Below, piece after piece: positions 20,764 to 30,693 of a DNA stretch of 64,000 bases. The stretch comes from Spirochaetia bacterium. Lineage in GTDB: Bacteria > Spirochaetota > Spirochaetia > SZUA-6 > Bin103. Within the stretch, counting starts at the first letter, position 1. Each line of letters opens with the position of its first letter. The notes under the pieces are model-generated. The model was not told the origin of the DNA. It made no database searches and saw only the letters and a list, made by a program, of their open reading frames with translations. A program made the position numbers and the translations under genes. The stretch spans positions 1,600,001 through 1,664,000 of the forward strand of contig CBDATQ010000002.1 in NCBI GenBank assembly GCA_965199955.1. The letters are read 5' to 3'.

Positions 20764-22452
20764 TCAGCGGCGCGCCCCGCGCCGGCGCAGCAGCGCGGCG
20801 AGCTCGCCGTGGCCCTGCCCGGACGCCCACGCCAGCGGCGTGGCCCACGCCTCGGCGTCCGGCTCGTCGACCGCGGCGCCGCGGTCGATCAGGAGCCGGG
20901 CCAGCTCCTCGCGTCCCCACCGGCACGCCCAGCCCAGCGGCGTGGAGCGGAGCAGCGGGTCGCGCCGGGTCAGCCCGGCGCCCGCGTCGAGCAGCAGCGT
21001 CGCGAACGCGACGCGCTCCTCTTCCGTGATCACCTGGCGGCCCCACGTCTCACCGGCCTGCGCCACGTGCTGCAGGGTCGTGAAACCGTGGTGGCCGGTG
21101 ACGTCCGGATCGACCCCGTGCGCCAGGATCAGCTCCAGGCAGCGCGGATAGGTGGTGCGATCGAATCCTTCGCCGTCCAGCGGGCCGTGGTTCCAGAGCC
21201 GCAGCGGCTGCTGCAGGATCTGGCTCCACCACGGGTCGTCCGGCGGCCGTTCGACCAGGGGAAGGCAGAGCTCGACGATCGCGGGCTCCCCGCCGCACGC
21301 CGCGGCCCACAGCAGCTGCTCGTACGCGGTGCGGTCGCGCCGGTCGGTGAGCGCGGGCGCTCGGCCTTCGATGACGTCCCGCGCGGCCGGCACGTCCCGG
21401 TACAGGCCGATGATCTCGACGTAGACGACTGCGCCGCGCCGCCTCAGCAAGGCCTTCATCCGCTCGTCGCGCGCCCCGTAGGCCCGTTCCATGGGGGGGC
21501 CGGAGGCGTACACCATCGCGTTCACGTCGGCCCCGGCGTCGAGCAGCGTCTCCGCCATCGCGTACTCCCCGTACGCGGCGGCGTGCCAGAGCGGCATGCC
21601 CCAGCTCTGCGCCAGCGGCTCGACGTTGGGCAGATCGATGCGCTCGTCGGGATCCAGGCCCTTGGCGAGCAGCAGGCCCAGCACCGCCGGCTGGCCGTAG
21701 GTGACCGCCACGGTGAGGACGCCTCCGGAGTGCCCGGTGGCCTGCTGCAGCCGCTCCGTCGGGATCGGCCGCAGAAAGGCGAGGTCGCCCACCGCCGCGG
21801 CGCCCCGCGGCGTCTGCTCCGCGCCGGCGTCGAGCAACGCCTGCGCCGCGGCCCGTGCCGCAGGCGCCCGCTCTCGCTGCGTCCACCCGAACGACAGCAC
21901 CGCGCAATCGAGCGGCGTCAGGCCTGCAGCATCCGGCTGCGACGGGCGCTCGTCGCGCGCCGCCAGAAGGCGCACGAGCGGCAGGTCGGCCTGCGCGGCG
22001 GCGGCGTGCAGCGGCTTCCGCCCTTGCGCGTCGACTTCGGCGATGCGCTCCAGGTCCGCCTCCAGCAGCCGCTCGACGCCTTCCAGGTCGCCGTCACGGA
22101 CCAGGTCGAACAGCTCGTCGCCGCGTTGCGGGTCGGCGCCCGCCTGCGCGGCCCGGCGGTCCAGCTCGTCGCGGATGAGCGCGACCACGTCGTCGTAGCC
22201 GCGGTCCTCGGCCAGCGTCAGCGGCGAGGTGGCGTCGCGGTGCGGATAGATGCCGTTGTGCGGATCCGCGCCGGCCTCCAGGAGGAAGCGCGTGCACGCC
22301 AGGTCGCGGTTGAGCACCGCGTAGTGCAGGGCCGTGTGCTCGTCGTCTTCGGCGCGGTCCAGCTTCACCAGGTCGGGACGGGAGGCCACCAGCTCGCGGA
22401 GGGTCGGGAGATCCCTCTGCTCGGCGGCTCGGAAGAAGCGCTCTGCGGACAT
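20764..22452 (-). CDS. Ankyrin-repeat protein
   Basis: Many ANK motifs: TALHYAV, SPLTLA, KPLHAAA, TPLDCAV, PLWHAAAYG...LLDAGADVN, TPLGWAC, TPLAWAS. Confidence 0.93.
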   Translation of the reverse strand: MSAERFFRAAEQRDLPTLRELVASRPDLVKLDRAEDDEHTALHYAVLNRDLACTRFLLEAGADPHNGIYPHRDATSPLTLAEDRGYDDVVALIRDELDRRAAQAGADPQRGDELFDLVRDGDLEGVERLLEADLERIAEVDAQGRKPLHAAAAQADLPLVRLLAARDERPSQPDAAGLTPLDCAVLSFGWTQRERAPAARAAAQALLDAGAEQTPRGAAAVGDLAFLRPIPTERLQQATGHSGGVLTVAVTYGQPAVLGLLLAKGLDPDERIDLPNVEPLAQSWGMPLWHAAAYGEYAMAETLLDAGADVNAMVYASGPPMERAYGARDERMKALLRRRGAVVYVEIIGLYRDVPAARDVIEGRAPALTDRRDRTAYEQLLWAAACGGEPAIVELCLPLVERPPDDPWWSQILQQPLRLWNHGPLDGEGFDRTTYPRCLELILAHGVDPDVTGHHGFTTLQHVAQAGETWGRQVITEEERVAFATLLLDAGAGLTRRDPLLRSTPLGWACRWGREELARLLIDRGAAVDEPDAEAWATPLAWASGQGHGELAALLRRRGARR

Positions 22453-22457
22453 CGGCC

Positions 22458-23516
22458 CTACAGCGTGACGGCTCGGCCGGAGCGGACCGACTCATCGGCG
22501 GCCAGCACGATGCGCAGGCTGTCGACGGCGTCGCGCAGGTCGGCGGACAGGTCGCGGTCCTCGCGGATGGCGTCGAGCAGGTAGCGTTGCTCGCGGTCGC
22601 ACAGCTCCTGGTGGTCGGGCTCGTCCGAGGTGTCGATGTAGCGGTCGGCAGTGGTGAATACGCCTTCGGCGTCGGTCTCGGCCGCGTGCAGCAGCAGGCC
22701 GCCGGTGGACGTGTGCTTGTCGATCACGTCCGATTCGCCCGGCGGATGGTCGATCATGCTGACGCTGCCGAGCGGGCCGATCACGTCCTTCACGAAGTAG
22801 GCGGTCTCGCTCATCATCGGCCCCCAGCCGGCCTCGTACCAGCCTACCGAGCCGTCGTCGAAGGTCACCTGGAGCTGACCGTAGTTGTACATGTCGCGGG
22901 CGATCTCCGCGCTCAGCCGGGCGCCGACCGCCTGTACCCGCACCGGGCGCGAGCCGGTCATGCGGCTCATGACGTCCACGTAGTGAACGCCGCAGTCGAC
23001 GATCGGGGACATGGACCTCATCAGGTTGCGGTGGCCGAGCCAGCGCTCGGCCGACGACTGCTGGTTGAGGTTCATGCGCATCACCAGCGGCCGGCCCAGC
23101 CGGCTCGCGTGCTCGATGAAGGTCCGCCACGACGGGTGGTGGCGGAGGATGTAGCCCACGACGACCTTGCGGCCGGCGTCCCGCGCCGCGGACACGATCT
23201 CCTCGGCTTCGGCGACGGTCTCGGCCAGCGGCTTCTCCACGAACAGGTGGCAGCCGGCCGCGAGCGCCTGCATGGCGTAGGCGTGGTGGGAGTCGGGATG
23301 GGTGTTGATCGACACCACCTGCGGCGAGGAGTCCGCAAGCGCCTCGTCCAGGGACCCGAACGGCGTGGCGTCGAGCTCGCGGGCCACCGCCTCCCGCGAA
23401 GAGGGGCCGCGGCTGACCACGCCCGCCAACTCGTAGCCGTCGATGCCGCGGTAGGCGCGCGCGTGCGATGCGCCCATCGTGCCGCACCCGACGACGACGA
23501 CCTTGAGATCCTCCAT
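22458..23516 (-). CDS. Gfo/Idh/MocA-family oxidoreductase
   Basis: VVGCGTMG, FVEKPLA, DCGVHY. Start placed at MEDLK. Confidence 0.92.
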   Translation of the reverse strand: MEDLKVVVVGCGTMGASHARAYRGIDGYELAGVVSRGPSSREAVARELDATPFGSLDEALADSSPQVVSINTHPDSHHAYAMQALAAGCHLFVEKPLAETVAEAEEIVSAARDAGRKVVVGYILRHHPSWRTFIEHASRLGRPLVMRMNLNQQSSAERWLGHRNLMRSMSPIVDCGVHYVDVMSRMTGSRPVRVQAVGARLSAEIARDMYNYGQLQVTFDDGSVGWYEAGWGPMMSETAYFVKDVIGPLGSVSMIDHPPGESDVIDKHTSTGGLLLHAAETDAEGVFTTADRYIDTSDEPDHQELCDREQRYLLDAIREDRDLSADLRDAVDSLRIVLAADESVRSGRAVTL

Positions 23517-23520
23517 CGCG

Positions 23521-23859
23521 CTATCGCTTGTCGCCGTCGCCGCCGATCGTGCCGCGTTCCTTGCGCAAGAAGAGCTTCTCCAGGTTGGCGCGGGCAACCT
23601 CGTCCAGGTCCAGGTCCAGCTCGGTGCAGATCTGCGCCAGGTACCAGAGCACGTCGCCGAGCTCCATCTTCAGAGACTCGCGGTCGGCGTCGCTGATGCG
23701 GCCGTCCTTGTCCCGGAACAGCTTCTTGATCTTGCCGGCCACCTCGCCCGCCTCGTTGGCCAGCCCCAGCGTGGGATAGACGATGGGGTGATCGGTCCTG
23801 ACCAGCCCCCAAGTCTTGCGGGACTGCCGTTGATAGGATGCGAATTCGCGGACATCCAT
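23521..23859 (-). CDS. MazG-like nucleoside triphosphate pyrophosphohydrolase
   Basis: LGLANEAGEVA...ELGDVLWY...NLEKL..RKERG. Confidence 0.9.
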   Translation of the reverse strand: MDVREFASYQRQSRKTWGLVRTDHPIVYPTLGLANEAGEVAGKIKKLFRDKDGRISDADRESLKMELGDVLWYLAQICTELDLDLDEVARANLEKLFLRKERGTIGGDGDKR

Positions 23860-23876
23860 GGCACGACGACAGTAGC

Positions 23877-24135
23877 CTAGAATTCCCCTTCGAAGTCGTA
23901 GTCAGCGGCCCACTCCTCATAGGGCGTGACGTGCGCGGGATGCACAGCGCTGTAGCAGTAGTAGCCGCTGCCGCGGTAGCGCTCGGTTTCCGGGCTGACC
24001 AGGATGCGGCGCCAACTGTTGGAGAAGGTCGGCGGCAGTTCGGACGACGAGGTAGCCGTCATGCTCGTAGCGCCGCACCTCGTCGGCGCTCAGCAAGGCC
24101 GCCTGCTCGCTGCGCTCACGGTTCTGGACATCCAT
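23877..24135 (-). pseudogene. PhyH-family dioxygenase remnant (N- and C-termini joined, core deleted)
   Basis: LSADEVRRYEHDGYLVVR (PhyH start) switches frame to a protein-like tail ...YEEWAADYDFEGEF*. No HxD motif remains. Confidence 0.6.
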
Positions 24136-24226
24136 CGGTGACGCGCGCAGGGTAGTCCCGGCATGCAGCATCCGCAACGGGCGGCCCTCACTCGAAGAGT
24201 GAGAGCCGCCCAGTGAGGACCGTTCG

Positions 24227-25099
24227 GTGAAGCGCATCGGCGCGCACGTGTCGATCGCCGGCGGCGTGCAGAACGCGGTGGCCAACGCGGTGGAGCTCGG
24301 CGCCACCGCCATCGGCATGTTCACCCGCAACCAGCGCATCTGGAACCAGCGGCCGCTCTCGGAGAAGGACGCCGCCGCCTTCCGCGACTCCCTGCGCGAG
24401 CACGGGTTCGCGCCGCACCACGTGCTGCCGCACGACAGCTACCTGATCAACCTTGGCAGCTCCGATCCGGAGGTGGTCGCCAAGTCGCGCGCCGCGTTCC
24501 TGGAAGAGATGAGCCGCTGCCAGATGCTCGGGCTCCGCTACCTGAACTTCCACCCCGGCGCCCCCAAGCAGGGCGCTGCCCTGTCCGTCGAGCTCTGCAT
24601 CGAGCAGATCGCCGGCTACGTGAACGAGACGCTGGAGCAGACCGAGGGGGTGACGGCCGTGGTCGAGTGCACGGCCGGGCAGGGGACGAACGTCGGCCGC
24701 ACCTTCGCCGAGCTGGCTGCCCTGATCGAGCGGATCGGCGATCCCGGGCGCGCGGGAGTGTGCCTGGACACCTGCCACCTGTTCGCGGCCGGCTACGACC
24801 TGCGCACGCGCGACGGCTACGAGCGGATGCTCGAGGAGTTCGACGCGACCGTCGGCCTGCGACATCTGCGCGGCTGGCACCTCAACGACTCCAAGGGCGA
24901 CCTTGGCAGCCGCGTCGACCGGCACGCCGCGATCGGCGCCGGACTGATCGGCCGCGAGCCGTTCACGTGGATCGTCCAGGACCCGCGCTTCGACGAGATG
25001 CCGCTGATCCTCGAGACGCCGGAGCCGGAGAACTGGGCGAAGGAGATCGCCGAGCTGCGGCGGCTGGCCGCCGCCTGCGATCAGAGCGGTTCGAAGTAG
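24227..25099 (+). CDS. nfo: Endonuclease IV
   Basis: IGAHVSIAGG, PHDSYLINLG, NFHPG, E-x-TAGQG, CLDTCHLFAAGYD, HLNDSK, DRH, LILETP. Confidence 0.97.
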   Translation: MKRIGAHVSIAGGVQNAVANAVELGATAIGMFTRNQRIWNQRPLSEKDAAAFRDSLREHGFAPHHVLPHDSYLINLGSSDPEVVAKSRAAFLEEMSRCQMLGLRYLNFHPGAPKQGAALSVELCIEQIAGYVNETLEQTEGVTAVVECTAGQGTNVGRTFAELAALIERIGDPGRAGVCLDTCHLFAAGYDLRTRDGYERMLEEFDATVGLRHLRGWHLNDSKGDLGSRVDRHAAIGAGLIGREPFTWIVQDPRFDEMPLILETPEPENWAKEIAELRRLAAACDQSGSK

Positions 25100-26640
25100 G
25101 TCAGGTCGGCGCCGTGGTTCTCCATGGCCGCCACCGCGTCGCCGCGCAGCCGCACGCGGATGTCCCGCGTCCGGTGGTGCAGGACGATCTCGCGCTCGGC
25201 GAGCGGAAAGCGGATGTCGATGCTCTGGCCGACCGGCGGTTCCGCGATCAGCAGATAGCTGCCGGACCAGGTGAGTCGGGGCGGCACGGGCTCGACCAGG
25301 ACGTCCGAGGGCTTCACCCACGACGGAATGCGCACGTAGAGGGGGCCGGCGGTCCGGACCGTGACGCGCAGACCGTCGTGCGTATAGGGCGACTCGACCG
25401 CGACGTGGTCGGTCTCCCGGTCGAACAGCAGGTTCACGCGGTGGATGCCGTGCCCGGTCCGCACCGACTCGCGGACCACCTCGCACAGGGAGCCGACCCC
25501 GCCGCCGACGATGTCGGTGTTGAAGCTGACGTCCCGGTGCGGGTCCAGCGGCTCGTGGCCGTACGGGGCCGGAAACCCGAAGCCGCCGAGGTGCCGGTCG
25601 GCGATGCGGTGCAGGTAGTCGACGCCGCCGGGGTTGGGCGGGTCCTCGATGAAGCTGTTGTCGCGGAGCTGCGACGGCAGGATGTGGCACCGAACGATCC
25701 GCTCGGCGTCCTCGAAGTACTCAGGGAACCCGCGCCGGCCCAGGATCAGCGCCGTCTCCACGATGTCGCCGGTGTTGTTGATCTCCCCCCGGTCGGCGAC
25801 GGCGTCGTCCCGGCTGGATTCGATCACCCAGCCGATCTCGTCCCGGATCTCCCACAGGCCGTTGTCGTAGAACGCCCTGACCCGCGCCAGCAGCTTGGCG
25901 TCGTCGAGCAGGTCGGCGAGCTGCGCCAGCGAGGACATCACGCAGGTGGTCGAGTGGGTATGCGCGCCGAACCGCTTGCGGTCGTAGGCGCCCGACTCCA
26001 GGAAGAACTCACGGGTGGTCTTGTCGGCGAGCGTCACGGCCAGCTCCAGCGCCGGGCCGTGTCCGGTCGCCCGGTAGTACTTGACCAGCGGGCCGATAGC
26101 GCGGGCGATGCCGGTGATGAAGGTGTCCTCGCGAACCGTCAGCCCGCAGCGCTGCAAGCGGTCGAGGTCCCAGCCCGTGTCGGGCCGGAACAGCTCGAAC
26201 AGCTCGCCGATGCTGCGCTCGGCGAGCTCGCGGGCGCGCTCGGAGCCGCGGTACTTCACCAGCGGGTACAGGGCGTGGAAACCCTCGCGCACGTTGTGGG
26301 TGGTGAAGAGCTCGAGCGGGCCACCGATCCGGGACCGGTTCAGCGGAAGGGCCAGCGGCCCGCCGTAGGAGAAGAACGCGGCGTTGGAGTGCTTGTCGAT
26401 CGCTTCGGCGGGCACGGCGATGCCGGCCGCGTCCTCGGCGTTGAGCAGGGCGTTGAGATGGCGTCCGGGTACGTGCGACTCTGTATGGGCGCCCGAGAAA
26501 CCAAACTGCGGGTTGGGCCTGACCTCCGAGCCGAAGAACGGGATGTCGCCGTCGTCGGCGTTGAAGACGTTGCACATCATCCGGCAGCCCAGCCGGATCG
26601 CGTCGGTCAGGTCGGTGGCATTGACGTCGTTCAGTCGCAT
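25081..26640 (-). CDS. Uncharacterised protein, possibly GH127/GH146-like (alpha/alpha)6 barrel plus beta-sandwich
   Basis: ATG at 26640 with an AAGGAGG RBS. HTHST, GEINNTGD, and a C-terminal RVNLLFDR...LYVRIPSW resemble GH127-type beta-sandwich segments. Confidence 0.5.
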   Translation of the reverse strand: MRLNDVNATDLTDAIRLGCRMMCNVFNADDGDIPFFGSEVRPNPQFGFSGAHTESHVPGRHLNALLNAEDAAGIAVPAEAIDKHSNAAFFSYGGPLALPLNRSRIGGPLELFTTHNVREGFHALYPLVKYRGSERARELAERSIGELFELFRPDTGWDLDRLQRCGLTVREDTFITGIARAIGPLVKYYRATGHGPALELAVTLADKTTREFFLESGAYDRKRFGAHTHSTTCVMSSLAQLADLLDDAKLLARVRAFYDNGLWEIRDEIGWVIESSRDDAVADRGEINNTGDIVETALILGRRGFPEYFEDAERIVRCHILPSQLRDNSFIEDPPNPGGVDYLHRIADRHLGGFGFPAPYGHEPLDPHRDVSFNTDIVGGGVGSLCEVVRESVRTGHGIHRVNLLFDRETDHVAVESPYTHDGLRVTVRTAGPLYVRIPSWVKPSDVLVEPVPPRLTWSGSYLLIAEPPVGQSIDIRFPLAEREIVLHHRTRDIRVRLRGDAVAAMENHGADLTYFEPL

Positions 26641-26651
26641 GGTCCCTCCTT

Positions 26652-27923
26652 TCAGCCGCCCGTTCGCGGTACCGGCGGCGCCGCGTCGAAGCGCAGCGCG
26701 TCCTGGATCGCGCGGGCCGCCGCCAGCACCGCGGCGTCCGCTCCCGCCGGCGCCGCGCACTGCAGGCCGAGCGGCAACCCTCCCGGGCCGAGCCGGGCCG
26801 GCAGCGACACCACCGGCGCGCGCACGTGGGTGAACGGCAGGTTGGCACGCGGATCGCCGGTGATGGTCAGGTCGCGCGGCGCCGCGCCCGGCGCCGCCGG
26901 CGCCAGCACCACGTCGATGTCTTCGAACAGCGCCGCGAATCGCTCCTGCGCGTCCGCGCGCGCCGCGCAGGCGTCCGCGTAGCGCGCGGGGGAGTCGCCG
27001 GCCGCGGCCGACTCCAGCACCGCCTTCATCTTCGGCGGGTACGCGTCCCGGTGGCGGGCCCAGAGCGCGGCGTGCGCGCGGGCGGCCTCCACCTCGAAGA
27101 TCACGCGGTTGTTGTCGTAGACCGCCGCCAGGTCCGCCGGCAGCGAAAGCTCCCGAGTGGGGATCCCGCACGCGCGCAGCCGTTCGGCCGCCCAACGGAG
27201 CGTGGCGGCCATCTCCGGGTCGAACGGTCCGCTCAGGAGATCCTGGACAATCCCGACCACGGGAGCCTGCGCCGCGTCCGGCGCGGACGCGCCGGACGCG
27301 GCGCAGGCTTGCCAGAGCGTCGTCATGTCTTCCACGGTTCGCGTGAAGAAGCCGACCGTGTCGAAGGTGGGGACCAGCGCGAAGCAGCCGCCCGTCGATA
27401 TCGCCCCGTAGGACGGCTTGAAGCCGACCACCCCGCAGAACGAGGCGGGCCGGCACACCGATCCCACCGTCTGCGTGCCGATCGCGGCCCGCACCATGCC
27501 GGTGGCGACGGCGGCCGCGGAGCCCATCGACGATCCTCCCGGCGTGTGCTCGGGATTCCACGGGTTGCGCGTCGGGCCGGGGTCCAGGTAGGCGAAGCAG
27601 GTCGTGACCGTCTTGGCCAGCGCGTATGCGCCCTGCTCCTGGAGCCGCTCGACGATGCGGGCCGATGCCTGCCTCGGCTCCGGTGACAGGAAGTCGACGC
27701 CGCACGCGGTCGGCGCCCCGGACAGGTCCAGGATGTCCTTGACGCCGATCGCCCAGCCGGACAGCGCGCCCGCGCCCGCGGCCTCCGCCCGCCGGCGTGC
27801 CGCTTCGGCGTCCCAGCCCACCAGCGCCCGCACCACGGGCTCCCACCGTTCGATCGCGCTCAGGTGTTCGGCGAACCGCTGGTCGGCGGACACCTGGCCG
27901 GCGCGATGCGTGGCTCCGCTCAC
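26652..27923 (-). CDS. Amidase-signature family amidase
   Basis: IGVKD, TRNPWNPEHTPGGSSMGSAAAVA, GTQTVGSVCRPASFCGVVGFKPSYG, GLPLGLQ. GTG start overlaps the fni stop. Confidence 0.9.
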   Translation of the reverse strand: MSGATHRAGQVSADQRFAEHLSAIERWEPVVRALVGWDAEAARRRAEAAGAGALSGWAIGVKDILDLSGAPTACGVDFLSPEPRQASARIVERLQEQGAYALAKTVTTCFAYLDPGPTRNPWNPEHTPGGSSMGSAAAVATGMVRAAIGTQTVGSVCRPASFCGVVGFKPSYGAISTGGCFALVPTFDTVGFFTRTVEDMTTLWQACAASGASAPDAAQAPVVGIVQDLLSGPFDPEMAATLRWAAERLRACGIPTRELSLPADLAAVYDNNRVIFEVEAARAHAALWARHRDAYPPKMKAVLESAAAGDSPARYADACAARADAQERFAALFEDIDVVLAPAAPGAAPRDLTITGDPRANLPFTHVRAPVVSLPARLGPGGLPLGLQCAAPAGADAAVLAAARAIQDALRFDAAPPVPRTGG

Positions 27924-29008
27924 GCGATCCCCCGGGCGGAGAGCGGCGAGCCGATCGCCGTGAGCGCCGGGTCGATGCTTACGCGGGCGCGGCGCAGTTC
28001 CTCCAGCGTCCGCGATCCCGTCAGCAGCATGACCGCGCGCAGCACGCGCCCGAGCAGCCGGATGCGCTGCGCGACCCGTTCCGCGCCGCCTTCGAACACG
28101 TCCTTGATGAACGGCAGGGCCAGCGCGCCGATCTCGGCCCCCAGGGCGACCGCCTTGGCCAGGTCCTGGCCGCGGCGCAGGCCGCCGGAGGCGATGATCG
28201 AGCCGGACAGCCGCGGCTCGTCGCGCATGGCGGCAAGCACCGCGGCGGTGGGATTGCCCCAGTCGGCGAGCTCGCGCGCCGCTTCCGCGTCGTCGCCCTG
28301 CAGGCGGTACGCTTCCACCAGCACCCAGTTGGTGCCGCCGGCACCGGCCACGTCGACATACTCCACGCCGGCGTCCAGCAGCCTGAGCGCCGTGGAGACG
28401 GCGATGCCGAAGCCGGTTTCCTTGACGATCACCGGCAGCCGGCAATGCTCGGTGAACTCCGCGATCGCGGCCTCCAGGCCGCGGAAGCTGCGGTCGCCGT
28501 CTTGCTGGAACAACTCCTGGCCGGGGTTCAGATGCAGCGCGATCGCCTGCACACGCAGGTGCTCCAGGGCATCCGTGATCCGGCCGTGGTCGATCTCGCG
28601 GAGTTGCGCGGCGGCCAGGTTGGCGATCACCGGCACGTCCGGCGCCTCGGCCTTGACCGCGAAGTGGTCGAGCACGCCGGGGTTCTCGATCCCCACCCGC
28701 ATCGAGCCCAGGCCGACGGCCACGCCGCACTCCTGCGCCGCGATCGCGAGGTCACGGTTCGCGTCGCGACCCTGGTGCGTGCCGCCGGTCATGCAGGAGA
28801 TCATCAGCGGCAGCGCGAGCTCGGCCCCCAGGAAGCCGGTCGTGGTGTCGATCTCGTCCAGGTCCAGTTCCGGCAGCGCTTCGTGCTCGAAACGGACCAG
28901 CTCGAAGCCGGTCCCCGCGCTGCTGGAGATGTCCTCCTCGGGGCCGTCGACGCACGCGTCGAGATGGCTCTTCTTGCGAGACTGAATGGGGGACAGGGGA
29001 AAGGACAC
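27920..29008 (-). CDS. fni: Type 2 (FMN-dependent) isopentenyl-diphosphate isomerase
   Basis: RKKSHL, HEALPE, ISCMTGG, GSMR, HLNPGQELFQ, PVIVKETGFG, GAGGTNW, IASGG. Confidence 0.95.
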   Translation of the reverse strand: MSFPLSPIQSRKKSHLDACVDGPEEDISSSAGTGFELVRFEHEALPELDLDEIDTTTGFLGAELALPLMISCMTGGTHQGRDANRDLAIAAQECGVAVGLGSMRVGIENPGVLDHFAVKAEAPDVPVIANLAAAQLREIDHGRITDALEHLRVQAIALHLNPGQELFQQDGDRSFRGLEAAIAEFTEHCRLPVIVKETGFGIAVSTALRLLDAGVEYVDVAGAGGTNWVLVEAYRLQGDDAEAARELADWGNPTAAVLAAMRDEPRLSGSIIASGGLRRGQDLAKAVALGAEIGALALPFIKDVFEGGAERVAQRIRLLGRVLRAVMLLTGSRTLEELRRARVSIDPALTAIGSPLSARGIA

Positions 29009-29040
29009 CGTGAACCTGCCGATAGTATGGCACGCGTCAG

Positions 29041-29670
29041 ATGTCGCCGCGAATGATCGTGCTTGCCTCCGGTTCGGAGGGCCGCCGCGAACTGTTGCGC
29101 CGGGAGGGGCTGCCGTTCGTCGCGGTTCCGAGCGGTGTGGAAGAACCGCCGCCTTCGCCCGCCGAGTCGGCCCGGCCGGATGTCTACACCCGCCGGCTCG
29201 CGCGCGACAAGGCGATGGCGGTGGGCGCCCGTCTGGGAGCCATCCCTTCCATGGCGGAGTCGGTCCGGGCCGGGGCGCCCCGGCCGCTCGTGCTTGGCTG
29301 CGACACCTGCATCCACGTGGACGGCGCAATCCTGGGCAAGCCGCGGGATGTCCGCCAGGCCGCCGGGTTTCTGCGAACGCTGGCGGGCCGCGAGCATCGC
29401 GTGGTCAGCGGCCTGTGCGTGATCGACGCCCATACCGGCTCCGTCCACGAGACCAGCGTCGAGAGCACGGTGCGCGTGCGAAGGGTGAGCAGCAATGTGC
29501 TCCGGGACTACCTGCGGAGCGGCGAATGGGCCGGCGCAGCCGGCGGATACCGTGTGCAGGGGAAGGGGGCGCGGCTGATCGAGCGCATCCACGGCTCGCA
29601 CAGCAACGTGGTCGGCTTGCCACTGGAGGCCCTGTATGGCATCTTGCAGCAAACCGATACCCTGGAATAA
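29041..29670 (+). CDS. maf: Maf-family nucleoside triphosphate pyrophosphatase
   Basis: VLASGS..RRELL, GCDT, ILGKP, AGGY, SNVVGLP. Confidence 0.93.
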   Translation: MSPRMIVLASGSEGRRELLRREGLPFVAVPSGVEEPPPSPAESARPDVYTRRLARDKAMAVGARLGAIPSMAESVRAGAPRPLVLGCDTCIHVDGAILGKPRDVRQAAGFLRTLAGREHRVVSGLCVIDAHTGSVHETSVESTVRVRRVSSNVLRDYLRSGEWAGAAGGYRVQGKGARLIERIHGSHSNVVGLPLEALYGILQQTDTLE

Positions 29671-29706
29671 CCACAACCAGCCAGGGAACCAACCAAGGGG
29701 GAGAGC

Positions 29707-30693
29707 GTGGCGGTAGTCACGATGAAGAACCTCCTGGAGTCCGGCGTGCACTTCGGCCATCAGACCAAGCGCTGGGACCCCAGGATGCGCAGATACATTT
29801 TTGCCGAGCGCAACGGCATCCATATCATCGACCTGCAGAAGACGATCGCGGCCATCAAGAGTTCGTACGACGTGGTTCGCCAGGTCGTGCTGGAAGGAAA
29901 GTCCGTGCTGTTCGTGGGCACCAAGAAGCAGGCCCAGCAGTCGATCGAGCGCGAAGCGAAGCGGTGCCAGATGTTCTACGTGAACAATCGTTGGCTCGGC
30001 GGCATGCTGACCAACTTCTCGACCATCAAGCGGTCGCTGCTGAAGCTCAAGAAGATCGAGAAGATGGAAGTGGACGGCACGTTCCGCAATCTCACCAAGA
30101 AGGAGATCTCGCTGATGCTCAAGGAGCGGGCGCGCCTGGAGCGCAACCTCGGCGGCATCAAGGAGATGAAGGAGCTTCCCGGCGTCGTGTTCATCATCGA
30201 CACGCGCAACGAGTCCATCGCGGTGGACGAGGCGCGTGCCGTCGGCGTGCCGATCGTCGCGGTGGTGGATACCAACAGCAATCCGGAAGGCATCGACTAT
30301 CCCATTCCCGGCAATGATGACGCGATCCGCGCCATCAACCTCTTCACGCAGATCATCGCCAATGCCGTGGTCGAGGCGGAGAACGAGGTGGGTCTGGAGG
30401 TGATCGAGAACCTGCAGGATGACGAGATGTCCGAGGAGTATGCGGGTTATCCCGAGCATGCCGCCGACGGCCGGGACGACGGGGAAAAAGAAGAAGAACA
30501 GGACGAGGTGGAGACGGTCGCGCTCGGCGAAACGCTGCAGGCCGACGATCCGGACGCCCCGGAGCGGTTCACCGATCAGGACTACTCCGACTTCGACCCC
30601 TCCAAGTACGAGCGTGACGAGACGGCTGCCGAGCAGCCAACTGTGGAAGAGACCGCCGGAATCGACGAAGACCGGCTCTACGAAGACCTGTGA
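29707..30693 (+). CDS. rpsB: 30S ribosomal protein S2 with an acidic C-terminal extension
   Basis: [45 protein letters not shown]. Confidence 0.98.
   Translation: MAVVTMKNLLESGVHFGHQTKRWDPRMRRYIFAERNGIHIIDLQKTIAAIKSSYDVVRQVVLEGKSVLFVGTKKQAQQSIEREAKRCQMFYVNNRWLGGMLTNFSTIKRSLLKLKKIEKMEVDGTFRNLTKKEISLMLKERARLERNLGGIKEMKELPGVVFIIDTRNESIAVDEARAVGVPIVAVVDTNSNPEGIDYPIPGNDDAIRAINLFTQIIANAVVEAENEVGLEVIENLQDDEMSEEYAGYPEHAADGRDDGEKEEEQDEVETVALGETLQADDPDAPERFTDQDYSDFDPSKYERDETAAEQPTVEETAGIDEDRLYEDL

Noticed and set aside
25081..25099. 19-bp convergent overlap of nfo with the GH127-like gene
   Set aside because: Short 3' overlaps of convergent genes are common.
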